A DNA stretch of 64,000 nt from the human T2T-CHM13v2.0 reference genome, Homo sapiens, in assembly GCF_009914755.1 (NCBI RefSeq), contig NC_060927.1. One strand, 5' to 3'. Both the position numbers and the translations under genes were made by a program. Under the pieces are notes generated by a model. That model was not told where the DNA came from and ran no database searches. It saw only the letters and a list, made by a program, of their open reading frames with translations. The stretch's first letter is position 1. Every line of letters starts with the position of its first letter. Shown here in pieces: positions 23,145 to 38,479 of this stretch.

Positions 23145-23964
23145 GCAATAGACATCTTTTCTATGCCTTAGCCAATTGTCACACTCCTGTCTGAGTCTGG
23201 AATAGCATCAAATACTTTATGTTTCATATTTCAATATCACAGAATACCTTCGAGAGTTCTTTCACTACAAAATTTCTTGCATCACTTCTTTTTTTTTTTT
23301 TTTTTTTTTACCAAACCACTTTCTTCACTTATGTAGATAAGCTCACCTTCACTAAGTTATTTCGGCTACATATCCAGAGTGTTTTGAATGAGAGCATCAG
23401 CATTCCCTCAGTGATCTATTTCTTCTATAACTCCATTTGAGTTCAATTTGAATTTCACTTCCACTGTTGTTACTTTTTGGTTTTTTCCTGAACTTTCATC
23501 TTTTTCGGCCAATTCTCTCTATCGGTTATCGATTTTTCTTAACTATCACATAGATTTATCACTGGGAGACAAGGAGGTAACACAAACCCATGCTTTGCAC
23601 AGTTGTTACTTATGTAGTGACAGAAGAGCTGGCAGCGAATTTTGTACTTTATACGATTATTCACAGTTAATATGCTGTGTAAAATTTAAACCATGTTATT
23701 AGGGAATTGGTATTATTTAACCAAACCATGGTAAGTGAAAGTGTATATGAGAACCACATAAAGCAACAACTCCCTGTATATCACATCACAAAATCACAGA
23801 ACTTAAAAGCCTTCTTCACAGTAATCTAGCCACAGTGTGTATGTGGACCCTTGATGTAGTATTAATGACCCGTCTACTTCCTGCCTGACCATTTCAAGTG
23901 ATGCCCACATTACTTCACAGGGTGGCTCTTTCATTGTTGAACACTTCTAACAGTTAGAAAAATA

Positions 23965-24490
<526 letters not shown>

Positions 24491-25261
24491 GTAAATTATA
24501 ACCTATATAATTTATCATATTATCATCATCGTCTGTAGAGTGCTTAGTCTTCCTTATCCATCCCCATGTACTTTGGTTCAAACCCCTCACCTAGATTCTG
24601 CACTAGACTCAACTGAACACTGACAGTCTCTCACCCAGTTCTCCATATGGTCACCAGAATTATCTCTCTAAAAATAAAATCTGACTCCGGTCAGCATAAA
24701 CAATTTAGCCTAAAGCCATCAGGTAGGGTAGAGCAAGCAGAGCAAAATCAGAGTCTTCGTTTAGGGGTGGGGAGGAAGCCATGGTGGCTGAAAGCAGGGT
24801 ATCAAATACCAAGCAAAGTGGGGAGGGAATTCATGTGGTAAGGTGGCCTGGCCCAACATAACTTATAAGGAGTCAAAAGACGGCTACTATTTTAAAAAGA
24901 TGACATGAAACCTACAAATTGAGGAAACACAATAGTCCAAGAGGGAAAGAAAACCCAACATCTGTCAAGTAGACACAATTACTTACTTTAACTCCATGTT
25001 TTCTTGTTTCCTTGTAAACACATGGGTGTTTTGGTGTTCGTTCATTTTGTTATTTTCTTAGCACTGGTTTTCACAAAATTCACTTTCGGAATAAAATTTC
25101 ATTTGGAATGATGTCTCTCTTGAATTTGTCAACAAAAGGAAACTCCTAGTGATGCCTCATCATCAGCTACACAAATATTTGGTATTTGAAAAAATGCTGG
25201 TTCTTTAAAAAACACATTTGTGGTTCTCTATCACTTAAAAAATAAAGAGACAGAGAGAGAT

Positions 25262-25420
25262 GTTTGGCACAGTGACACACAGCCTATAGTTCCATCTACT
25301 TGGAAGGCTGAGACAGAAAGGATTGCTTGAGTCCAGGAGTTCAAGGCTGCAATGAGCTATGATTATGCCTGTGAACAGCCACTGTACTGGGCAATGTATC
25401 TAGACTCCCATCTTTTAAAA
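25262..25420 (+). mobile_element. FAM/FLAM monomer
   Basis: Diverged single monomer. Confidence 0.75.
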
Positions 25421-25811
25421 AGAGAGAGAGAAAGAGAAAGTACAAAAGAGAAAAGAAAATGACAAGAACAAAGAAAAAAGCAGACAATATTAACTGTGAA
25501 TCTAAAATAGGTTGTAGAGCTCCTCCTGATGCTGTAACCTGATCATGGTGCACACTGATAAGCTCCCATTACAACATAAGAAAGCCACAGACAATGGAGC
25601 AAGTCATCACCTTCCTTGTATTACAATCTCATGTCCTTGCTTTGGATGCTGTGCCTCCTAACCACACCTAGTAAAAGTAGCATCACTTATTTGGCAACAT
25701 CTAGTATTTAAGAACCAAGTAAAGGCCTGAAAGGAATTACCAGGCAAGACTGGATGGTACTGTGCAAGGAACACACACTTTATCATCAGGTAGATCCAGA
25801 TCTCAATTATC

Positions 25812-26046
25812 TTTTTTTTTTTTTTTTTTTTTTTTTTTTGAGACAAAGTCTTCACTCTGTCACTCAGGCTAGAGTGCAGTGGCAGCGCCAAGGCTCACTG
25901 CATCCTCAACCTCCAGGACTCAAGTGATCTCCCACCTCAGCCTCCAGAGTAGCTGAGACCACAGGTGCATGCCGCCACACTGGGCTAATTTTTTAAATTT
26001 TTTTGTAGAGACAGGATCTCACTATGTTGCCCAGGCTGGTCTCAAA
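25812..26046 (-). mobile_element. AluJ, 5'-truncated
   Basis: T-tract, right arm, part of left arm. Confidence 0.88.
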
Positions 26047-26049
26047 CAT

Positions 26050-26650
26050 TATGACACTGATACATAACTGTTAACTAGACTACAGACCTTATTCAGTTTT
26101 CACTATTTTTTTTAACCTGCATTTGTGTGTGTATTTCTAAGCAGTTTTGTCTCATGTATAGATTTTTATAACCACAACTGCAATCAAGATACAGAACTGT
26201 TCTGCTACCTCTCTGTATTTATAGCCCCTCCACCTACTACCCCCCTGTCCCCTGGCAATCACTAATCTATTCTTCATCTTTACAGTTTTGTCACTTTGAG
26301 AATGTCATATAAATGGAACTATATAATATGTGACCTCTTGAGATAAGCTTTTCCACTAAGCACATTACCCTTGTAGTCTATTCAAGGTGTTGCAGGTTAT
26401 CTATAGCTTGCTTGTTCCTTTTGATTACTCAGTAGTATTCCATGCTATGGATGTCATATGTTTTGCTTTACACTTGTTGACACAACATTTGGATTGGTTC
26501 ACATTTTGCTGTTTTGAATAAGTCTGCTATGAACAGTTACGTACAAGTTTTTAAGTGAACATAAATTTTATTTTATTTGGAGTAAATAACCAAAGGAGTG
26601 ATTTCTGGGTAGTATGGTAAGTACATGTTTAATTTTTAAAGAAACTGCCA
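26050..26650 (-). mobile_element. Old L1 (L1MC/MD-type) 3' region, antisense
   Basis: CCCTGGCAATCACTAATCT...GAATGTCATATAAATGGAA...GTAGTATTCCAT...AGAAACTGCCA. Confidence 0.8.
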
Positions 26651-26659
26651 GCTGGATCC

Positions 26660-27850
<1,191 letters not shown>

Positions 27851-27927
27851 CATTTAATATTCCTGTATTATCTGATTTTCTTAGTGTTGTTTCAATTTAT
27901 CATAAACTTAAAAAAAAAAAAAAACTA

Positions 27928-28267
<340 letters not shown>

Positions 28268-28392
28268 TCATATATCGCGGTACAAAAATTGACAAACAGA
28301 GAAAAGAATGGAAGAATGAGGGAAGGGAACACAAACATCTTGGATTCACAGTCTATGCAAATGCTAATCAAATCACCTTTGAAAACCATTCA

Positions 28393-28704
<312 letters not shown>

Positions 28705-29245
28705 TTAAAAAATTAAACACACACACTCAGACCCACATATCCTTTTCAAGTCAACCAAACCACAGCCAGTCTTTAATTTCTTTATAGCACCATTGAGACT
28801 CTTAAATTTCTTTGAAATAAACTATAAAAATCAGACTCTTCTACACATTCTTTTTTATGGTTATTGATTTTGGCAAGATAGGAGGATTAAAAGAGGGAAT
28901 AGTCTATACAGCTATGTGAAGTCTACCAATCTAGATATCCATCAATTATGAAATAACTAAGAATCATTTTAGTTCAAACTACCACCACATAATCATGTTC
29001 ATTCAACAACTACATCCCAGGCTCTAGACTAGGGTTCATGGCTCCCAGCGAGGACATCATACTATTCCAGACTAGACTAAACTGAGTCCCTTAGGTCCCT
29101 AAGACTCTTTTTTCTATCATCTGTATAACCCCAATACATTTAACAATTTTACATAAATTATAAATCGACCATGTAAGATAATATCCTACTGCCAATGTGA
29201 GGGCTAAAAATTTGATCTTGCAATTTGTTTAGTCTAACTCTCTTC

Positions 29246-29445
29246 CAGAGTTTCTTAACACCTTCACTACTGAAATTTTGGACAAGAAAATTGTTATGAG
29301 AGGTTGTCCTCTAAACTGGAAGATGTTTAATAGCATGCCAATAGCACCTTCCCAGTTGTGACCCATGAGAATGTTTCCAGACACTGTCAAATGTCCCCTA
29401 AAGGGCAAAATCACAACTCTACCCCTACGCCAACTGAGAGCCATA
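29246..29445 (-). mobile_element. MER20 (hAT-Charlie)
   Basis: CCAGTTGTGAC...CCAGACACTGTCAAATGTCCCCTAAAGGGCAAAATCAC. Confidence 0.85.
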
Positions 29446-29459
29446 CACCATAAAAATCT

Positions 29460-29965
29460 AGGAGTTGTGAGTGCAGGGAAATGGAAGGATTAGGTGGAAG
29501 AGTAGCTAAGGAGAACAGGGTGGGTTTTTTTGTTTTTGTTTTTTGAGACAGAGTCTCGCTCTGTCGCCCAGGCTGGAGTGCGGTGGCGCGATCTTGGCTC
29601 ACTGCAACCTCCACGTCCTGGTTCAAGCTATTCTCGTGCCTCAGCCTCCCGAGTAGCTGGGATTATAGGCGTGCACTATCACACCCAGCTAACTTTTTGT
29701 ATTCTTAGGAAAGACAGGGTTTCGCTATATCGGTCGGGCTGGTCTTGAACTCCTGGCCTCAAGTGATCTACCCGCCTCAGCATCCCAAAGTGCTGGGATT
29801 ACTGGTGTGAGCCACCGCGTCCTGCCTGAGTAATGAAAATGTTCTAAAACTGATTGTGGTAATGGATGCACAACTGTGAAAATACTGAAAACCACTGAAC
29901 TGTACATTTTAAGTGGCTGAACTGTATGTTTTATAAATTGTATCTCAATAGAGCTATTCTTTTTA
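29460..29965 (+). mobile_element. L1MB 3' end interrupted by antisense Alu (29525-29827)
   Basis: AATGAAAATGTTCTAAAACTGATTGTGGTAATGGATGCACAACTGTG...TATCTCAATA. Confidence 0.82.
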
Positions 29966-31109
29966 AAATTCAGATTCTGGACTCCACTCCAGATCTCATA
30001 AATTAGAATCAAAAGCAGAAAGCCAAAACTATTCTAAAATACCTTCCAGGATCACTAGGAGGACATTTGGGGTTCACAGCCAGACAGTGATGAACATCTC
30101 AAACCACAAGATGCACAGAACGGCTAAGAGGAAAATGAGCTTGCTGTGCACTACCCAATGGTTAACTGCTTGGAAAAATATGGAAACTGATAACGTGTTA
30201 AATATGTTCAATAACACATCTCAAATTTATGTCTAAGAACACATTTCAATTTCAACTCCATGTTAAGTTGAAAGGATAGCTTCCCAAATTATGACATATG
30301 TACCTTCACCTTTAAAGAAACAGAAACTAAAACAACTCCAAATATTATATGCTTTTACATCTACATTCATTCATTAAGTGGTTTTATAATTACTGGTTTT
30401 GAGTTATACTGCAGCTACTCACATCATAAGAAAAAGACAACATAAAGTACAAGAATAAACTTGAGTATAATTTTTAATTAGACCTGATGCATCAATCTGA
30501 ATAGCTAATACCAAAAATCCTAAGCTATGAAATCTAAATTTCCCAATAAATCTGAACATCTGCAAGTATACCACATAGCAATTAGAAAAAACTGTACTAT
30601 GGAAAAGATTTAAGTCGTTCTGGTTTCTGTTTTGCAAGTTCCAGCAGAAAACTAATGCTAGGGTTCATTGAAACAACACTGCTAGTATCTCCTATTTCCT
30701 CCAAGAACAAACAAGAAAGCCATTATTATCTCAAATGTTCTTCTGAAAAGTATAATGACCCTTCTTATAATATTATGGAAAATATGAACAAGAATTTTAA
30801 TCAAAATAGCATTCGTAAAGCCACATGAACACTTTTATTTTTTTTATTTTTAAACTTTAAAATCTAAATACCTACCCAAATACCCAGTGTTTCTAAAACT
30901 AATGACTAAATCTGATTTACTTCTAACTCTCTCTAGTATATAAGTGATGTCTGAACTATGAGATTCATGTGAAAATGTACGTCGTTTATTTGTACATGAT
31001 CTGTCTCTCAGGCACTCGACCTAGGGGAGTAACACATATTGATGATCTCCAGAATGTGCACATTACAACCTGATTGATACCAAATTGGTGCTATATTCAT
31101 GCATTTATT

Positions 31110-31310
31110 AACAAGGAATGATGCTTATATCGAGCAAAAAGTTCATGAGTAGTATATATAGTTCTTATTTTCACAAGAAAAATATGTATATATATTCACA
31201 GGAAATGTCTAGAAGAATATATATGAAAATGTTATTCTCTTTTATAATTTTTGTGTTTCTAAATTATCTACATTAAATAAAACTTTTGCAAAAAGAAAAA
31301 ATAAATGTCA
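31110..31310 (+). mobile_element. L1ME-type 3' end
   Basis: AAATGTCTAGAAGAATATATATGAAAATGTTA and AT-rich terminus. Confidence 0.55.
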
Positions 31311-31326
31311 TTTTAAAAACATACCC

Positions 31327-32135
<809 letters not shown>

Positions 32136-32144
32136 GCCCCAACA

Positions 32145-32482
32145 AAAGTCAGTCTTCTTTAGCTAAAAGACCAAGAAAGTAGCAGTCTAGCAAGACAGAA
32201 AAGTTTTAGACAATAACCAATCTACCCCAGCCAAACACCAAGAAAATACTGTGGTTTAAAACCTACCCGTTCTAGCAAAGGCCAAGTGGGGAGCCTAGAT
32301 TTCCAACCTCTCAAAGCTGTAATTAAGCACTCAATACCCCTTCCAAGGTGGAGACAGAAAGCCAAGTAGGGTATCCAGGAATTTCATCCCTGCAGACCAG
32401 TAACAAGATCAGCGGGGACCACGTGGGGAACCTGGGCCTCCACCATATTATATCAATACAAATGGCAGTTTCTTTAAAAAGT
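32145..32482 (+). mobile_element. Old L1M (L1MD-like) 5' region joined to an ORF2-end fragment; host of the SVA_F
   Basis: CTAGCAAGACAGAAAAGTTTTAGACAATAACC...GCAAAGGCCAAGTGGGGAGCCTAGATTTCC. Confidence 0.6.
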
Positions 32483-34954
32483 CTCCCTCTCCCTCTCCCT
32501 CTCCGTCTCCGTCTCCGTCTCCGTCTCCGTCTCCGTCTCCCCATGGTCTCCCTCTCATGCGGAGCCGAAGCTGGACTGTACTGCTGCCATCTCGGCTCAC
32601 TGCAACCTCCCTGCCTGATTCTCCTGCCTCAGTCTGCCGAATGCCTGCGATTGCAGGCCCGCGCCGCCACGCCTGATTGGTTTTGGTGGAGACGGGGTTT
32701 CGCTGTGTTGGCCGGGCCGGTCTCCAGCCCCTAACCGCGAGTGATCCGCCAACCTCGGCCTCCCGAGGTGCCGGGATTGCAGACGGAGTCTCGTTCACTC
32801 AGTGCTCAATGGTGCCCAGGCTGGAGTGCAGTGGCGTGATCTCGGCTCACTACAACCTACACCTCCCAGCCGCCTGCCTTGGCCTCCCAAAGTGCCGAGA
32901 TTGCAGCCTCTGCCCGGCCGCCACCCCGTCTGGGAAGTGAGGAGTGTCTCTGCCTGGCCGCCCATCGTCTGGGATGTGAGGAGCCCCTCTGCCTGGCTGC
33001 CCAGTCTGGAAAGTGAGGAGCGTCTCCGCCCGGCCGCCATCCCATCTAGGAAGTGAGGAGCGCCTCTTCCCAGCCGCCATCACATCTAGGAAGTGAGGAG
33101 CGTCTCTGCCCGGCCGCCCATAGTCTGAGACGTGGGGAGCGCCTCTGCCCCGCCGCCCCATCTGGGATGTGAGGAGCGCCTCTGCCCGGCCGAGACCCCG
33201 TCTGGGAGGTGAGGAGCGTCTCTGCCCGGCCGCCCCGTCTGAGAAGTGAGGAGACCCTCTGCCTGGCAACCACCCCGTCTGAGAAGTGAGGAGCCCCTCC
33301 GCCCGGCAGCTGCCCCGTCTGAGAAGTGAGGAGCCTCTCCGCCCGGCAGCCACCCCATCTGGGAAGTGAGGAGCGTCTCCGCCCGGCAGCCACCCCGTCC
33401 GGGAGGGAGGTGGGGGGGGGTCAGCCCCCCGCCCGGCCAGCCGCCCCATCCGGGAGGGAGGTGGGGGGTCAGCCCCCCCGCCCCGCCAGCCGTGCCGTCC
33501 GGGAGGGAGGTGGGGGGGTCAGCCCCCCGCCTGGCCAGCCGTGCCGTCCGGGAGGGAGGTGGGGGGGTCAGCCCCCCGCCCGGCCAGCCGCCCCGTCCGG
33601 GAGGTGAGGGGCGCCTCTGCCCGGCCGCCCCTACTGGGAAGTGAGGAGCCCCTCAGCCCGGCCAGCCACCCCGTCCGGGAGGGAGATGGGGGGGTCAGCC
33701 CCCCCACCCGGCCAGCCGCCCCGTCCGGGAGGGAGGTGGGGGGGTCAGCCCCCCGCCTGGCCAGCCGCCCCGTCCGGGAGGGAGGTGGGGGGGGTCAGCC
33801 CTCCCCCCGGCCAGCCGCCCCGTCTGGGAGGTGAGGGGCGCCTCTGCCCGGCCGCCCCTACTGGGAAGTGAGGAGCCCCTCAGCCCCGCCAGCCGCCCCA
33901 TCCGGGAGGGAGGTGGGGGGGTCAGCCCCCCGCCCGGCCAGCCGCCCTGTCTGGGAGGGAGGTGGGGGGGTCAGCCCTCCGCCCGGCCAGCCGCCCCGTC
34001 TGGGAGGTGAGGGGCGCCTCTGCCCGGCCGCCCCTACTGGGAAGTGAGGAGCCCCTCTGCCCGGCCAGCCGCCCCGTCCGGGAGGGAGGTGGGGGGGTCA
34101 GCCCCCCGCCCGGCCAGCCGACCCGTCCGGGAGGGAGGTGGGGGGGGGGTCAGCCCCCCTGCCCGGCCAGCCACCCCGTCCGGGAGGTGAGGGGCGCCTC
34201 TGCCCGGCCAGCCGCCCCGTCCGGGAGGGAGGTGGGGGGTTCAGCCCCCCGCCCGGCCAGCCGCCCCGTCCGGGAGGGAGGTGGGGGGGGTCAGCCCCCC
34301 TGCCCGGCCAGCCGCCCCGTCCGGGAGGTGAGGGGCGCCTCTGCCCGGCCGCCCCTACTGGGAAGTGAGGAGCCCCTCTGCCCGGCCACCACCCCGTCTG
34401 GGAGGTGTGCCCACTAGCTCATTGAGAACGGGCCAGGATGACAATGGCGGCTTTGTGGAATAGAAAGGCGGGAAAGGTGGGGAAAAGATTGAGAGATCGG
34501 ATGGTTGCCGTGTCTGTGTGGAAGGAAGTAGACATGGGAGACTTTTCATTTTGTTCTGCACTAAGAAAAATTCCTCTGCCTTGGGATCCTGTTGATCTGT
34601 GACCTTACCCCCAACCCTGTGCTCTCTGAAACATGTGCTGTGTCCACTCAGAGTTAAATGGATTAAGGGCGGTGCAAGATGTGCTTTGTTAAACAGATGC
34701 TTGAAGGCAGCATGCTCGTTAAGAGTCATCACCAATCCCTAATCTCAAGTAACCAGGGACACAAACACTGCGGAAGGCCGCAGGGTCCTCTGCCTAGGAA
34801 AACCAGAGACCTTTGTTCACTTGTTTATCTGCTGACCTTCCCTCCACTATTGTCCCATGACCCTGCCAAATCCCCCTCTGTGAGAAACACCCAAGAATTA
34901 TCAATAAAAAAATAAATAAATAAATAAATAAAAAAGAAAAAAAAGAAAAAAAAA
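32483..34954 (+). mobile_element. Full-length SVA retrotransposon, SVA_F-type
   Basis: (CCCTCT)n/(CCGTCT)n hexamers, Alu-like region, ~1.5 kb GC-rich VNTR, SINE-R, AATAAA 34903-34908, A-tail; F-type diagnostics TCATGCGGAGCC, GGTTTTGGTGGAG, GGGCCAGGATGAC, CAAGAATTATCAATAAA; TSD AAAAAGT at a TTT/AAAAA endonuclease site. Confidence 0.95.
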
Positions 34955-34961
34955 AAAAAGT

Positions 34962-35210
34962 AAGCATGCGACTACCATATGGCCTAGCAACTGTACTCCT
35001 AGGCAAACTGCCGAACTATTTTTCAGAGTGGCTGTACCACTTTACTGTTAACTGTTTCAATGTCAATACCCTGGTTGTGATATTGTACCATGATTCTGCA
35101 AGAAATTTCCACCAGGGGAAACTGGGTAAAGTGTACAAGGGATATCTCTGTATTATTGTTTCTTACAATTGAATGTAAATCTATAATTATCTCAAAATTA
35201 TTTTAAAAAA
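34962..35210 (+). mobile_element. Continuation of host L1M (ORF2 end, short inverted piece, L1MC/MD 3' end)
   Basis: ACTACCATATGGCCTAGCAACTGTACTCCTAGG; CCTGGTTGTGATATTGTAC...AATTATCTCAAAAT. Confidence 0.75.
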
Positions 35211-35748
35211 CTGTGTTTAAAAACTAAATTAAAAAACACAAATATACTAAATATTTAGACTTAAGGCTGAACTATGAGTTACATATCCTTATATCCCAAG
35301 CACCTACACCAAAGCCTAGAACATATTAGACAATAAATATTTATTGAATTAGATTGAACATACAATCAGCACTTCAAAAATATAAGATGCTTACAAACCT
35401 AACAGTTCCATTTCGTTGGCTGTAAATAAAGTAACAATACCTTAAAACAAGTGCAAAAAAGTTACCTTCAAGAAAATATAAAGTATTCTGGAATTTTTTC
35501 AAAGAGAAAAATGACTCAGTCCTAGACTACAATGACTTAGATATTACCTCATTATTTTGGCTAATTTATTGTACGGAGAGAGGGAGGGAGGCCAGTAGGC
35601 CGGCTGGCCAGCCTGCGAGGCTTAAAAAGTACCATGTACATAATTTAAAAATTAGCATATAGTAGGGAGTCTTTAGAAACCAAGTAGCACACATAAATAC
35701 TACACATACCCACCCACTTGCAAAGGTGTTTTAAGCCAAAAATCTTAC

Positions 35749-35880
35749 TCTACGTGTCCAAGTTTCATCGGTATTTCTGATTTTCACTAGGTCTGGCTGA
35801 ACAGGATTATGTCTTATCTTTTAGAGTAACTATCAGAACTGGTGATTATCTCCATCATCTATGAACACAGTCCTTTTCAT
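35749..35880 (-). other. Candidate exon of the unidentified host gene
   Basis: Unique sequence; donor AGA|GTAAGA at 35749/35748; possible acceptors at 35880 (TTTTATCAG|ATG) or 35796 (CCTGTTCAG|CCA). No homology recognised. Confidence 0.25.
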
Positions 35881-36070
35881 CTGATAAAACTGGCATTCGG
35901 TAACAAGAAAGCATCTTATTTTACCAGAATGACCCAAGTAATTCATTAATTAAAGAAAAAAATGTATACAGGAATCTTTATTGTTGCTTTGGTTTGTTGG
36001 TTTTCTAAAACCAATAAAACAATTGTCTTTTCCTGCATAAACACCTGATTTGAAAATCTAGATACAATAT

Positions 36071-36376
<306 letters not shown>

Positions 36377-36532
36377 ATTACAACATTATTTTAAACAGCC
36401 TTCATCATTAAGTAATGAAAGTGAAAGTAGAGTCAGCAGTCAGTAAAAACACTTTGTGATTGAATAATTCAAGTACAGAATTAACAGCCAAAACTACATG
36501 AACTGAACAGATAATGATAAAAACCCAATCAG

Positions 36533-37285
<753 letters not shown>

Positions 37286-37848
37286 ACTTTTGAACATCTC
37301 TCTCTTAAACCTCTGGCCTTTAAAATCCCAATCATATCACATTTAATATACATGGGTTATTAAATGGGTTCAGGAATTGTTAGTCTGCAGTAGAACTCTG
37401 CAACAAACAATAAACAGTTTCATCACCAAAAGGTACCTGGATGTAATCTCAATTAGTAAAAACTCAGTCACTCATATGTCACTGACATATTTCCTTTGGA
37501 CAAGGCAACTCATTCTGTTGATCTTTCTCAGCCACTATGAAGTTTATCACTCATGCCTGTAAATGGTACATGGTCATGAACTGCTACAGAATAAAGTCCA
37601 AGAGAACCCACCAAAACTGTGGAAGATTAAAAGATTGATGGATCATTAAAAAAAAATGGATTATAGACCTAAATGTAAGATACGAAACTATAAAACTCCT
37701 AGAGGATAACATAGAAGAAAATCTAGGTGACCTAGGGTTTGGCAATGACTTCTTAGATACAACCCCAAAAACATGATGTAGGAAAGAAAAAACTGATAAG
37801 CTGGACTTTACTGAAGTTAAAAATTCTGATCTGCAAAATACACTGCTA

Positions 37849-38444
<596 letters not shown>

Positions 38445-38479
38445 CAAAGAGCTCTTAAAATTTAATATGAAAATGAACA

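Noticed and set aside
24985-25170. Minus-strand donor AAA|GTAAGT with possible upstream acceptors
   Set aside because: No convincing acceptor and no recognisable reading frame.
32910-34400. CpG-island-like and array-like repeat region
   Set aside because: It is the SVA VNTR, not a gene promoter or CRISPR array; there are no unique spacers.
32348-34915. Overlapping Pro/Gly/Arg-rich ORFs up to 199 aa
   Set aside because: Derived from the stop-poor GC-rich SVA VNTR and SINE-R.
35574-35600. Resemblance of GAGAGGGAGGGAGGCC plus hairpins to an AAV ITR
   Set aside because: No GCTC Rep-binding repeats and only a short purine-tract match; coincidental.
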